From Clostridia bacterium (lineage in GTDB: Bacteria > Bacillota > Clostridia > UMGS1840), in NCBI GenBank assembly GCA_045631485.1, contig JAZQUU010000039.1, forward strand, positions 41,194 through 105,193: DNA of 64,000 bases, written 5' to 3'. A program made the translations under genes and the position numbers. Below are positions 54,085 to 63,291 of this stretch, one piece after another. Numbering within the stretch: the stretch's first letter is position 1; each line of letters starts with the position of its first letter. The notes beneath the pieces were generated by a model. It searched no databases. It had not been told where the DNA came from and was given only the letters and a program-made list of their open reading frames with translations.

Positions 54085-56103
54085 ATGAAAATTGCATTTG
54101 CCGGAAATCCGAATTCCGGAAAAACGACAATGTATAATGCACTGACCGGTCAAAATGAAAAAGTGGGAAACTGGGCAGGTGTTACGGTTGATAAAAAAGA
54201 ACATCGAATCAAAAAAACATATTGTCCCAACGGAATGGATATCATTGCAGTCGATTTACCCGGTGCATACTCCATGTCCCCTTTTACATCCGAGGAATCC
54301 ATCACCAGAGATTATGTGCAACAAGAAAATCCCGATGTTTTAATCAATATTGTGGATGCAACAAACTTGGGACGCAGTTTGTTTTTTACCACACAAATTT
54401 TAGAACTGGGAATTCCCGTTGTAATTGCTTTAAATAAAAGTGATATCAACGAAAAAAAGCAAACCGTTATCAATGTGACGGAATTAGCCAAGCAGTTGGG
54501 ATGCCCTGTTGTGGAAACGATTTCCACATCCTCGGAAGGACTTGGAGATTTAATTGCGGCAGCAGTAAGACAAATCGGAGAACAACAAAGTGCTCCCTTT
54601 ATTCAGAATAATATCGATTTTACCGATAAGAAAGCCGTAAGAGATGCCGACAAAAAACGCTTTCAATTCGTTAATTTAATTGTTTCTGCGGTGGAAAGCA
54701 GAAAAATCAAATCCAAAGATCACACCATCAGTGATAAAATTGATGATATTATCACCAACAAATGGGTTGGGCTTCCGATTTTTGCCGTGGTGATGTGGTT
54801 TGTATTCTTTGTATCTCAGGCTTGGTTAGGGCCTTGGTTGGCAGATGAAATCCTCTGTCCTGCAATTGATAGTTTCGGAGAATTGGTTGCGGCTTGGATG
54901 GAAGGAACAGAACCGATTTTACAAACCATTGTTGTGGATGGAATCGTGGGCGGTTTTAGTGCAGTGGTTGGATTTTTGCCCCTTGTAATGGTGATGTATT
55001 TTCTGATTGCAATGTTGGAAGATTGCGGTTATATGGCAAGAGCTACCGTTGTGTTGGATCCTATTTTCAAAAAAGTAGGGTTATCCGGAAAATCCGTGAT
55101 TCCCTTTGTCATCGGGACAGGTTGTGCCATCCCCGGCGTTATGGCGTGTCGTACCATTCGTGATGAGAGAGAAAGAAGAGCGGCAGCTATGCTTACTCCC
55201 TTTATGCCCTGCGGTGCAAAATTACCTGTGATTGCCTTGTTTGCAGGCGTATTCTTCGGAGACAACCCCTGGGTTGGAACCGTTATGTATTTTGTGGGGA
55301 TTCTTCTGATATTTATCGGAGCATTATTAGTGAATGCCATTGTTGGTTGTAAACGAAAAAATTCTTATTTTATTATTGAGTTACCCGAATATAAAGCACC
55401 ATCTGTGAAACGGGCATTCTTCTCTATGTGTTCCCGTGGTTGGGCGTACATTGTAAAAGCGGGAACCATTATTCTGGTTTGTAATGCTCTGGTTACCATT
55501 ATGCAGGGATACGGTTGGGATTTTCGTCCTACTGAAAATGTAGATTCATCCATTTTAGCTTCCATCTCTGCACCGATTGCCTTTTTACTGATTCCCCTTG
55601 GATTCGGTGTGTGGCAAATGGCGGCAGCTTCCGTTACCGGTTTTATTGCTAAAGAAAACGTTGTGGGAACTCTTGCATCTGTTTACGGAATTTCCAATTT
55701 TATTAATGCAGAAGAACTTGCTATGGTGGAAGGTTCGGCAGCCAATATTGAAAGTGTGCTTGGAATTTCAGCAGCAGCCGGACTTGCTTGCCTGGTATTT
55801 AATTTGTTTACTCCCCCCTGCTTCGCTGCAATCGGTGCAATGAATGCAGAATTAAAAAGTAAAAAATGGTTATTAGGCGGATTATCTTTACAACTCGGTA
55901 TCGGATATATGATGGCATTTTTCGTATATCAGTTTGGAACTCTGTTTACAGAAGGTACCTTTGGTGTTGGATTTATTCCCGGATTGTTGGCAATTTTAGT
56001 TATGGTTGCGATTATAATCGGCTTAATTATCCACGGTAAACAACGGTTAGAGCAAGAACAACAAAGCAAAAATCGAGCAAAACAAACAAAACAAGCAATC
56101 TAA
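54085..56103 (+). CDS. feoB: Ferrous iron transporter FeoB
   Basis: The N-terminal G-domain has GNPNSGKTT, DLPG and NKSD, followed by the polytopic gate domains. Confidence 0.95.
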   Translation: MKIAFAGNPNSGKTTMYNALTGQNEKVGNWAGVTVDKKEHRIKKTYCPNGMDIIAVDLPGAYSMSPFTSEESITRDYVQQENPDVLINIVDATNLGRSLFFTTQILELGIPVVIALNKSDINEKKQTVINVTELAKQLGCPVVETISTSSEGLGDLIAAAVRQIGEQQSAPFIQNNIDFTDKKAVRDADKKRFQFVNLIVSAVESRKIKSKDHTISDKIDDIITNKWVGLPIFAVVMWFVFFVSQAWLGPWLADEILCPAIDSFGELVAAWMEGTEPILQTIVVDGIVGGFSAVVGFLPLVMVMYFLIAMLEDCGYMARATVVLDPIFKKVGLSGKSVIPFVIGTGCAIPGVMACRTIRDERERRAAAMLTPFMPCGAKLPVIALFAGVFFGDNPWVGTVMYFVGILLIFIGALLVNAIVGCKRKNSYFIIELPEYKAPSVKRAFFSMCSRGWAYIVKAGTIILVCNALVTIMQGYGWDFRPTENVDSSILASISAPIAFLLIPLGFGVWQMAAASVTGFIAKENVVGTLASVYGISNFINAEELAMVEGSAANIESVLGISAAAGLACLVFNLFTPPCFAAIGAMNAELKSKKWLLGGLSLQLGIGYMMAFFVYQFGTLFTEGTFGVGFIPGLLAILVMVAIIIGLIIHGKQRLEQEQQSKNRAKQTKQAI

Positions 56104-56121
56104 ATAAGGAGTGATTCTTTT

Positions 56122-56280
56122 ATGAGAAATCTTCTTGCAATTGGGATTATTGTGATTGTGCTGGGGAATGCTGTTTGGTACATTATCAAAAAACGAAAAA
56201 AAGGAATTGCCTGCATCGGTTGTCCAAACGGAAACTGCAAGGCATGCAAAGAGGAACATCGTTGTAATAATCCTTATTAA
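56122..56280 (+). CDS. FeoB-associated Cys-rich small membrane protein (52 aa; below the ORF-track size cutoff)
   Basis: My own translation gives MRNLLAIGIIVIVLGNAVWYIIKKRKKGIACIGCPNGNCKACKEEHRCNNPY. It has one TM helix and a CxxC-rich tail. The RBS is AAGGAG, and the ORF starts 18 nt after the feoB stop. Confidence 0.7.
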   Translation: MRNLLAIGIIVIVLGNAVWYIIKKRKKGIACIGCPNGNCKACKEEHRCNNPY

Positions 56281-56291
56281 AACTAATAAAA

Positions 56292-56323
56292 AACCGTTTA
56301 CAATTGTGTAAACGGTTTTTTTA
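56292..56323. terminator. Bidirectional terminator between the feo operon and the FGGY kinase gene
   Basis: AACCGTTTACA-attg-TGTAAACGGTT flanked by A6 and T7. Confidence 0.85.
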
Positions 56324-56340
56324 TTGAGATTACATAAATT

Positions 56341-57810
56341 TTACTGAACATTCAGTTTTAAAAATTCCTGATATGCTTTTTCCCAAGCTTCAACATCCTG
56401 AGGTTTATAGGTAATGGTGTTTTCGGAATTTTTGATAATCTGACGAGCTTCTTTTAAGTCCTTGATATCGCCGCCTGCAATCAACTGAGCCGCAACATTG
56501 CCGAGTGCAGTTGCTTCGATAGGTCCTGCAACCACATCAACGCCGCAGGAATTTGCAGTCATCTGGCACAGAAGATTATCTTTGGTACCGCCGCCCACAA
56601 TATGAATCACTTCATATTTTTTGCCGGTAACATCCTGAATATTTTCAAAAGCGAAGCGGTATTTCAATGCTAAGCTTTCATAGATACATCTCATTACTTC
56701 CCCACGTCTTTCAGGAACATACTGATTAGTATCTTTGCAGTAATCCTTGATATACTGAGGCAAGTTTCCGGGTTTACCGAATTTGGGGAAATCAGAATCA
56801 ATAAAGCATTTGAAGGCTTCTTCTGCCAATGCTTCTTTTTCCAAATCCCCGTAGGTTACGGCAAATCCTTCACGAATCCACTGACGTCTGGATTCCTGAA
56901 TGAGCCACAGACCCATAATGTTCTTTAAGAAACGAATGGTATCGTTGTATCCGCCTTCGTTGGTCAGATTATATTTTTGGGATTTTTCATTGATATAGGG
57001 CTGTTTTGCTTCGGTGCCGAATAAAGACCAGGTTCCGCAGCTGATATAGATGAAATCTTCTTTTTCGGAAGGAACTGCCATAACTGCAGAGGCAGTATCG
57101 TGAGAACCAACTGCACAAACGGGAACAGATGCAACACCAAGTTCATCGCAAATTTCTTTGGAAAGCATACCTTTTTTGGTACCGGGTTTCACAATTTTCG
57201 GGAATAAACGTCTGGGAATTCCCAATTTATCAATCAAATCAAAATCCCATTCTCTGGTTTCTGCATTGACTAACTGAGTGGTGGAAGCGTGGGTATATTC
57301 CACAGTTTTTTCGCCGGTTAAGAAATATGCCAATAAATCGGGGAACAGTAAGAAACAGTCTGCACGATCCAGTAAATCTTTTCTGTATTTTGCTAAATAA
57401 TACAGCTGGAAGATGGTGTTGAAGTTCATAAACTGAGTTCCGGTTTTCTGATAAATTTCTTCTTTGGGAACAATTTGGAATACTTCTTCCATAATGTTAT
57501 CGGTTCTACAGTCACGGTAGTGAACGGGATTTTCCAAAAGTCTTCCGTCTTTATCCAGTAAACCAAAATCCACACCCCAGGTGTCGATACCGATACTGTC
57601 GAAACCGCCGTTATGATGTGCGGCTAAAATCCCCTGCTTAATTTCAAACAATAAACGCAGCACATCCCAATATAAAGTACCGTTTACATAAACGGGGTCG
57701 TTGGGAAAACGATGCACTTCTTTTAATGAAATTTTATTATCATCATAGCTTCCGATAATGGCTCTTCCGCTGGAAGCACCGAAATCGAACGCTAACACAT
57801 TTTTACTCAT
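56341..57810 (-). CDS. FGGY-family sugar kinase, rhamnulokinase-like
   Basis: FDFGASSGR and IDTWGVDFGLLD are present, and the overall length is typical of RhaB-type kinases. The start lies 7 nt after GGAGGA. Confidence 0.8.
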   Translation of the reverse strand: MSKNVLAFDFGASSGRAIIGSYDDNKISLKEVHRFPNDPVYVNGTLYWDVLRLLFEIKQGILAAHHNGGFDSIGIDTWGVDFGLLDKDGRLLENPVHYRDCRTDNIMEEVFQIVPKEEIYQKTGTQFMNFNTIFQLYYLAKYRKDLLDRADCFLLFPDLLAYFLTGEKTVEYTHASTTQLVNAETREWDFDLIDKLGIPRRLFPKIVKPGTKKGMLSKEICDELGVASVPVCAVGSHDTASAVMAVPSEKEDFIYISCGTWSLFGTEAKQPYINEKSQKYNLTNEGGYNDTIRFLKNIMGLWLIQESRRQWIREGFAVTYGDLEKEALAEEAFKCFIDSDFPKFGKPGNLPQYIKDYCKDTNQYVPERRGEVMRCIYESLALKYRFAFENIQDVTGKKYEVIHIVGGGTKDNLLCQMTANSCGVDVVAGPIEATALGNVAAQLIAGGDIKDLKEARQIIKNSENTITYKPQDVEAWEKAYQEFLKLNVQ

Positions 57811-57834
57811 TGTTGATTCCTCCATTGTTTTATA

Positions 57835-58593
57835 TTATTCTACGGTTACTTTATGTTTTTTAAATACTTTTTTCCAATCATCGGATAATTCTTCATCAGT
57901 AAACAACATATCAATCTCAGAAAAATTACTGAGCTTAATAAAACCGACTTTCTCAAATTTGGATTTATCCAACAGTAAGAACTTATTCATCGCATTATTA
58001 AGCATTGCACGCTTAATCTGGAATTCCACATCATTGGATTCTAAAACCCCCTGCTCCATGGTCATCCCTTTACTACTGAAAAACATTTTGTTGGCACAAA
58101 AGTTTTTATTGATATTATCCACGGCAACCTCGCCCACAAAGGACTGGTTATTTACATCCAACACGCCACCGGTCGAAATTACTTTGATTTTTTCGCAGTT
58201 GGATAATTCTTCTAAAATCTGAAGGTTATTGGTGATTACTGTGATATTTTTCATATCTTTTAACTGTTTGGATAAGTAATAGGAAGTGGTAGAACCATCT
58301 AAAAAGATGGTATCACCGGGACGAATATGATTCACTGCTTTTTTTGCAATTGCAATTTTTCCTTCAATATTCAGACCTCGACGTTTTTCCAACGACAAAT
58401 CCAAGGTAGCTTCTTCATAAGGAACTGCGCCACCGTGAGTACGGGTCAATTGTTCCATCTGCTCCAGCTTTTCCAGGTCACGTCGGATTGTTTCTACCGT
58501 AACCTCTAAATCACGAGCCAGGTCGTTTACCAGAACACTGCCGTTTTGATTTAAAAGTTCTAAGATGTGTTTTCTTCGTTCTAATGCAAACAA
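57835..58593 (-). CDS. DeoR-family transcriptional regulator
   Basis: An N-terminal HTH (RRKHILELLNQNGSVLVNDLARDLEVTVETIRRDL) is followed by a DeoR C-terminal sugar-phosphate sensor domain. Confidence 0.9.
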   Translation of the reverse strand: MFALERRKHILELLNQNGSVLVNDLARDLEVTVETIRRDLEKLEQMEQLTRTHGGAVPYEEATLDLSLEKRRGLNIEGKIAIAKKAVNHIRPGDTIFLDGSTTSYYLSKQLKDMKNITVITNNLQILEELSNCEKIKVISTGGVLDVNNQSFVGEVAVDNINKNFCANKMFFSSKGMTMEQGVLESNDVEFQIKRAMLNNAMNKFLLLDKSKFEKVGFIKLSNFSEIDMLFTDEELSDDWKKVFKKHKVTVE

Positions 58594-58682
58594 AAGAACA
58601 CCTCCGTATCCTATAAATTGTTTATGATAAGGAAATAGGCTTTAAAGTGGAATAATCATTTTAAAGCCTAAAATTTCAAAAA

Positions 58683-59231
58683 TTATTGCAAATACTGCCA
58701 TAAATCCTCGTGAGGAGATGCAATCACAACAGTATCATTTAAAATGCCGTTATCCGCTGCGGTTTTTCCACCTGCTTCTACCCCTGCGGTTACCGCCGCA
58801 ACGCTACCGGATAATGCCACATAGGATTTGCCGCCCATACCTCTGGCAACTCGCAGTTCACAAATTTCCACAGCAGCTGCCTTTAAGGCAGCATCCGCAG
58901 ATAAAATGCAGGACGCTGCGGAAAATGTTTCGATAATGCCGAGCGCACCGTTGGTTTCACCGCTTGCGGCACCGTTTAAGGCATCAAAGACACGCACATC
59001 AATGTTACCAAATTCGGAAATATCCAGAATTTTATCGGCGAAATTTTCCTGTGCATATTCACATGCAAGATGCACGGAAGACACACTTCCACCAAAAATC
59101 ATCACAAATTTCCCTGGGCAAATGGGTTGCGCCATCACCATAGAAACTTGAGTTTTCTTTAAAATATTGTCACAAATGAGATAACCTTTTGCAATGTTAC
59201 TCACTTCAATAATTCCAATGGATACCATCAT
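58683..59231 (-). CDS. Tandem-BMC-domain shell protein, PduT-like (BMC-T)
   Basis: It has two BMC domains in about 182 aa. The Cys in QPICPGKF sits at the position of the PduT Fe-S ligand. Confidence 0.8.
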   Translation of the reverse strand: MMVSIGIIEVSNIAKGYLICDNILKKTQVSMVMAQPICPGKFVMIFGGSVSSVHLACEYAQENFADKILDISEFGNIDVRVFDALNGAASGETNGALGIIETFSAASCILSADAALKAAAVEICELRVARGMGGKSYVALSGSVAAVTAGVEAGGKTAADNGILNDTVVIASPHEDLWQYLQ

Positions 59232-59262
59232 TATTTTTTACCGCCTTATTACTTAAAAACCG

Positions 59263-60576
59263 TTAGGAAACGGTAATCACAATACCGGATTCGCTTACAG
59301 AAAAGACTGTGCCGTTCACGGAACTGTGAATATTGGCACCCAGTGCATTTTCTTTGGGCTTAATAATCAACTGACCAACTGATACACTATCCCCCGTTTT
59401 TACAACTGCTTCTCCGGGAGCACCAATGTGCATCTTCATGGGAATGGTTACACGGTTTGGTTCGGGAATGGTGACAAATTCATATTCATCACGATAATAT
59501 TTTCTTACACCCAATCTGTTTACCAAACGTTTAGAGGGAACTCTGCGATAAACTCGTTCTGCAACCGGTTTGGATTCGTCCGCCATCACAGCTTTCACGC
59601 CATTCTTTAACAATTCCGCTTTCACACGGGCAAATAAACGGTTGGGGCTGATATTCTGCGGACAAGCAATGGTCTGACAAACACCGCAGTTGGAGCAGTA
59701 AAACGCACCCATAAAGGTTTTGGTGTCGGTTGCTTTTGCAGATAATCTCTGCACGATTTTATGAGGTTCAATGGGATAACCCATTAAATAACGGGGACAC
59801 ATATCGGTACACATTCTGCAACCGCAACAGTTTCCGGAAGAGCGATGCAATGCATCTGCAAGACTTCTGGTTTTTAAACGGATACAAAGAGTATTATCCT
59901 CGATAATAAGCAAACTTTTTGTTGTTTTTGTTACAATTGCCGTGTTCGGATTGATAATGTTTCCCATCATGGGACCGCCGTCCAACACAGTGCAATTTTG
60001 GGGAACTTCAATTTGTAAGCTCTCAAAAATATGAGAAACAGGTGTTCCAACGGGAACCTTCATCACATAAGTTTTGTCTGTTTTTCCGCCAACGGTTAAA
60101 TACTTATGGGTAACCGGGATATCTTCCAAAGCATTGGCAACATTATAAAGTGTTTCCACATTCATAACCACAACACCAACGGAAATCGGAAGACGACCTG
60201 CAGGTACAGCTTTCCCCAAAGTTTCCTGAATTAAAACAATTTCATCACCGGAAGGATAAATATCTCCGGTAAAGCGATAAGAAATATTACCTTTGGTAAT
60301 TTCTTCTTTCATACCAAGGAGCTCTGCTGTGTGTTTTTTGATACCGATTACACCATTTTTCGCACCGGTTTTTTCAACCACGGTAGCCAAAGCGGATTCT
60401 AAACGCTCTCGTTCTTCACAAAGCAGATAAAAGTCAGTTTTTAAAAGTGGCTCACATTCGGTACCGTTAATTAAAATGGTTTCGATATTGTCAGCCAATT
60501 TTACATGAGTGGGAAATCCCGCTCCGCCGGCACCAACCACGCCGGCTTGTTGTATCAATTTTTTTAAGGTTTGCAT
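59263..60576 (-). CDS. PduS/RnfC-like flavo-iron-sulfur oxidoreductase of the microcompartment
   Basis: It has the NADH-binding GAGGAGFPTHVK, an SLBB region and two 4Fe-4S motifs (CCGCRMCTDMCP, CSNCGVCQTIACP). Confidence 0.8.
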   Translation of the reverse strand: MQTLKKLIQQAGVVGAGGAGFPTHVKLADNIETILINGTECEPLLKTDFYLLCEERERLESALATVVEKTGAKNGVIGIKKHTAELLGMKEEITKGNISYRFTGDIYPSGDEIVLIQETLGKAVPAGRLPISVGVVVMNVETLYNVANALEDIPVTHKYLTVGGKTDKTYVMKVPVGTPVSHIFESLQIEVPQNCTVLDGGPMMGNIINPNTAIVTKTTKSLLIIEDNTLCIRLKTRSLADALHRSSGNCCGCRMCTDMCPRYLMGYPIEPHKIVQRLSAKATDTKTFMGAFYCSNCGVCQTIACPQNISPNRLFARVKAELLKNGVKAVMADESKPVAERVYRRVPSKRLVNRLGVRKYYRDEYEFVTIPEPNRVTIPMKMHIGAPGEAVVKTGDSVSVGQLIIKPKENALGANIHSSVNGTVFSVSESGIVITVS

Positions 60577-60629
60577 CTTAAATTCAATTCCTTTTTATGA
60601 AGCGCAAATCAACGCTCTTTTCAAACGAA

Positions 60630-60887
60630 TTACAGATTATAATTAGACTGGTCAACAATTCCCACAATCACTGCATCAATGGGAGTTTTTTCATTCTGAC
60701 AAGCAAATCTTGCACTGTCACCCAAGGTAACTAAAACAATATCGCCGATGCCGGCACCTAAAGTATCCATGGCAACAACAAAATCATCCTTACCTTTGCC
60801 AATGTTAACCACCATCAATTTAAAGCCGGTTAAGCTATCCAGCTTACGGGTGGAAAAAATAGAACCTGTAACTTTTCCTACTACCAT
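60630..60887 (-). CDS. BMC vertex pentamer protein (EutN/PduN/CcmL family, BMC-P)
   Basis: An 85-aa protein: VVGKVTGSIFSTRKLDSLTGFKLMVV...AVIVGIVD. Confidence 0.88.
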   Translation of the reverse strand: MVVGKVTGSIFSTRKLDSLTGFKLMVVNIGKGKDDFVVAMDTLGAGIGDIVLVTLGDSARFACQNEKTPIDAVIVGIVDQSNYNL

Positions 60888-60929
60888 AACAATACATTCC
60901 CTTTTCTTTTACTAAATTTTTGGTGTATG

Positions 60930-61601
60930 CTATTTTGAAATAATTCTTACGTTGTCTCCGTTCTTTAAGCCTGCGGAGTTTGCATCATCGGTATCGATAT
61001 GCATTTCGGTATTGAAATCATCACGCACACGAACCTGCACATCAAAGAATCTGGTGGGTTTTACACCGTCGATTTCCACATCAACCAAAGAATTATCGGT
61101 CACACCGAATTTGCTTGCAGTTTCGGGAGTCATATGAATATGACGGTTTGCAATAATAACGCCTTCATCCAGGTAGATGGCTCCCTTCGGCCCTACCACA
61201 ACCAGACGTTCAGAACCCTTGATTTCGCCGGAAGGACGAACCGGAGGGCTCACCTTTAACACAAAGGTGTCAGTTCTGGAAATTTCAACCTGAGTATTTT
61301 TTCTAACAGGCCCCAAAACACGAACATTTTCGATGGATTTTAAGGATTTACCAACTAAAGTAACAACCTCTTTTGCGGCAAATTCTTTTCCCATCAAAGG
61401 CTTTAACATGGTTAATTCATAACCTTTGCCAAACAGCTTTTCCAAATCATCCTGGGATAAATGAATATGACGCTGAGACACCCCAACTTTAATTTCGGAA
61501 TCATCTGCAGTTTTTGCAGGTTTACTGTCGTTTTGTTTATACATTGCCAATACTTGTTTTACAACTTCACTCACGATTTTTTCCTGTTCCAAAATGTTCA
61601 C
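60930..61601 (-). CDS. pduL: Phosphate propanoyl/acyl-transferase PduL with an N-terminal amphipathic (encapsulation-type) helix
   Basis: It has duplicated PduL motifs (VGVSQRHIHLS, IANRHIHMTPE). It has a GTG start. Confidence 0.88.
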   Translation of the reverse strand: MNILEQEKIVSEVVKQVLAMYKQNDSKPAKTADDSEIKVGVSQRHIHLSQDDLEKLFGKGYELTMLKPLMGKEFAAKEVVTLVGKSLKSIENVRVLGPVRKNTQVEISRTDTFVLKVSPPVRPSGEIKGSERLVVVGPKGAIYLDEGVIIANRHIHMTPETASKFGVTDNSLVDVEIDGVKPTRFFDVQVRVRDDFNTEMHIDTDDANSAGLKNGDNVRIISK

Positions 61602-61762
61602 AACCTTTCTTTTTGAAACTTCGTTCCTTCAGTCCATTCTTTCAGATTCAAGGGTGCAATCTGAAAGAACAAACTGAATTTCTTCTTTTGCTTTCTTTTT
61701 CTGCATTTGCGGTACACGGTAAAAACCGTGCACCGCCTGCATCCATGTTTTAAAAAATGCAA

Positions 61763-62041
61763 TTATTTAATCTGGGGCAGAATTTTTTCTACATCACCGT
61801 GCGGTCTCGGAATAACGTGAACAGCAACGATTTCGCCCAGTCTTGCAGCAGCTTCAGCGCCTGCTTCGGTAGCAGATTTAACTGCACCAACGTCGCCTCT
61901 AACCATAACGCTTACTAAACCGGAACCGATTTTTTCAGTACCGATTAAGGTAACGTTAGCTGCTTTTACCATTGCATCAGCTGCTTCAATTGCAGCTACT
62001 AAACCTCTGGTTTCAACCATTCCTAAAGCTTCAAAGTTCAT
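61763..62041 (-). CDS. BMC-H hexamer shell protein (PduA/EutM-like)
   Basis: [27 protein letters not shown]. The start lies 8 nt after GGAGG. Confidence 0.92.
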   Translation of the reverse strand: MNFEALGMVETRGLVAAIEAADAMVKAANVTLIGTEKIGSGLVSVMVRGDVGAVKSATEAGAEAAARLGEIVAVHVIPRPHGDVEKILPQIK

Positions 62042-62087
62042 TACGAATACCTCCATAATTTATTTTTTGTTTTTTACGAAATTGGAT

Positions 62088-62360
62088 TTAGAAATCTGTG
62101 AGGAATTTGGTAACCTCTTCATGAGGTCTTGCAATTACTTCACAACATTTCACATTGCCGATTCGTGCGGCAGCCACACGTCCGGCTTCCACTGCAGAAG
62201 TTACAGCGGATACAGTGCCTGCAACAACCATAGTCACCAATCGACCGCCGAGACGACGTTCAATATGAACCAGTCTTACATTTGCGGCCTTTAACATAGC
62301 GTCTAAACCTTCAATGGCTGCGGCTAATGCCTGCACTTCCAATAAGCCGATTGCTTCCAT
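62088..62360 (-). CDS. BMC-H hexamer shell protein (divergent paralog)
   Basis: EAIGLLEVQALAAAIEGLDAMLKAANV. Confidence 0.88.
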   Translation of the reverse strand: MEAIGLLEVQALAAAIEGLDAMLKAANVRLVHIERRLGGRLVTMVVAGTVSAVTSAVEAGRVAAARIGNVKCCEVIARPHEEVTKFLTDF

Positions 62361-62444
62361 TTGTTCGTTCTCCTTTCACTACGGGATTATCTCTCACTCC
62401 AAACGGAGCGAGAGACATCCGTTCGATAGAGTCAAGGATTTATC

Positions 62445-62723
62445 TTACTTTAATTCGGGTAAGATTTTTTCCACATCGCCGTGGGGTCTGGGAATTACGT
62501 GTACAGCAACGATTTCGCCTAATCTTGCAGCAGCCTGAGAGCCTGCTTCGGTAGCAGCTTTTACTGCACCAACATCGCCTCTAACCATAACACTTACTAA
62601 ACCGGAACCGATTTTTTCGGTACCAACTAAAGTAACGTTAGCTGCTTTTACCATTGCATCAGCTGCTTCGATTGCAGCTACTAAACCTCTGGTTTCAACC
62701 ATACCTAATGCTTCAAAATTCAT
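62445..62723 (-). CDS. BMC-H hexamer shell protein (near-duplicate of 61763..62041)
   Basis: The 92-aa protein differs from the 61763 paralog at only a handful of residues. Confidence 0.92.
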   Translation of the reverse strand: MNFEALGMVETRGLVAAIEAADAMVKAANVTLVGTEKIGSGLVSVMVRGDVGAVKAATEAGSQAAARLGEIVAVHVIPRPHGDVEKILPELK

Positions 62724-62775
62724 TTTTAAATCCTCCTGGCCTTTGGCCTTTTATAATAATTTTTATTAACGATTG

Positions 62776-63258
62776 TTATTCCCCGATTTTTTGCTGTTCG
62801 GGTTCATCAGCATTTTTTGCTTTTGCAGGACGCCCTCTTTTTTTCGGAGCGTTCGCAACAACTTCTTCTGTTGCTATCACTTCTTCCGTAACCGGTTTGG
62901 TTACTTCCGGAGTTTTTTCTACTTTTTTCACGGATTTTTTTCCGATGGGTTCATTCCCAACCTTACACAGATATGCTAACTTTTCAATATCCGGTCCGGG
63001 ACGGGAAATGATGTGGGATACGATGTAAAGCCCTCTTTGTTCTGCCTGCGCTCTTGCAGCAGCAACACCTGCAGTTACTGCAGAAACGGAACCTTCCATC
63101 TTCACAATCATTACCAAGGGAACTTCCGCGCTATCGCCGTTGGCAGGTTTTGTGGTATCCAATGCAATGATTTTTACCGCAGCTGCTTTTGCAGCGGCAT
63201 CGGCACAAACAATTGCGGTGGTGAAACCGAAAACCTCAACCATTCCCAATGCATTCAT
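62776..63258 (-). CDS. BMC-H shell protein with a ~65-aa low-complexity C-terminal tail containing an AT-hook-like motif
   Basis: The BMC domain is NALGMVEVFGFTTAIVCADAAAKAAAV. The tail is KKSVKKVEKTPEVTKPVTEE...PKKRGRPAKAKNADEPEQ. Confidence 0.85.
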   Translation of the reverse strand: MNALGMVEVFGFTTAIVCADAAAKAAAVKIIALDTTKPANGDSAEVPLVMIVKMEGSVSAVTAGVAAARAQAEQRGLYIVSHIISRPGPDIEKLAYLCKVGNEPIGKKSVKKVEKTPEVTKPVTEEVIATEEVVANAPKKRGRPAKAKNADEPEQQKIGE

Positions 63259-63291
63259 TGTAAATCCTCCTTATATTCAGATTCACTCTGA

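Noticed and set aside
61602-61762. A 32-codon minus-strand ORF (MDAGGARFLPCTANAEKESKRRNSVCSFRLHP) between a BMC-H gene and pduL.
   Set aside because: It has no RBS and it spans the strong hairpin. The region is more plausibly a structured intergenic spacer.
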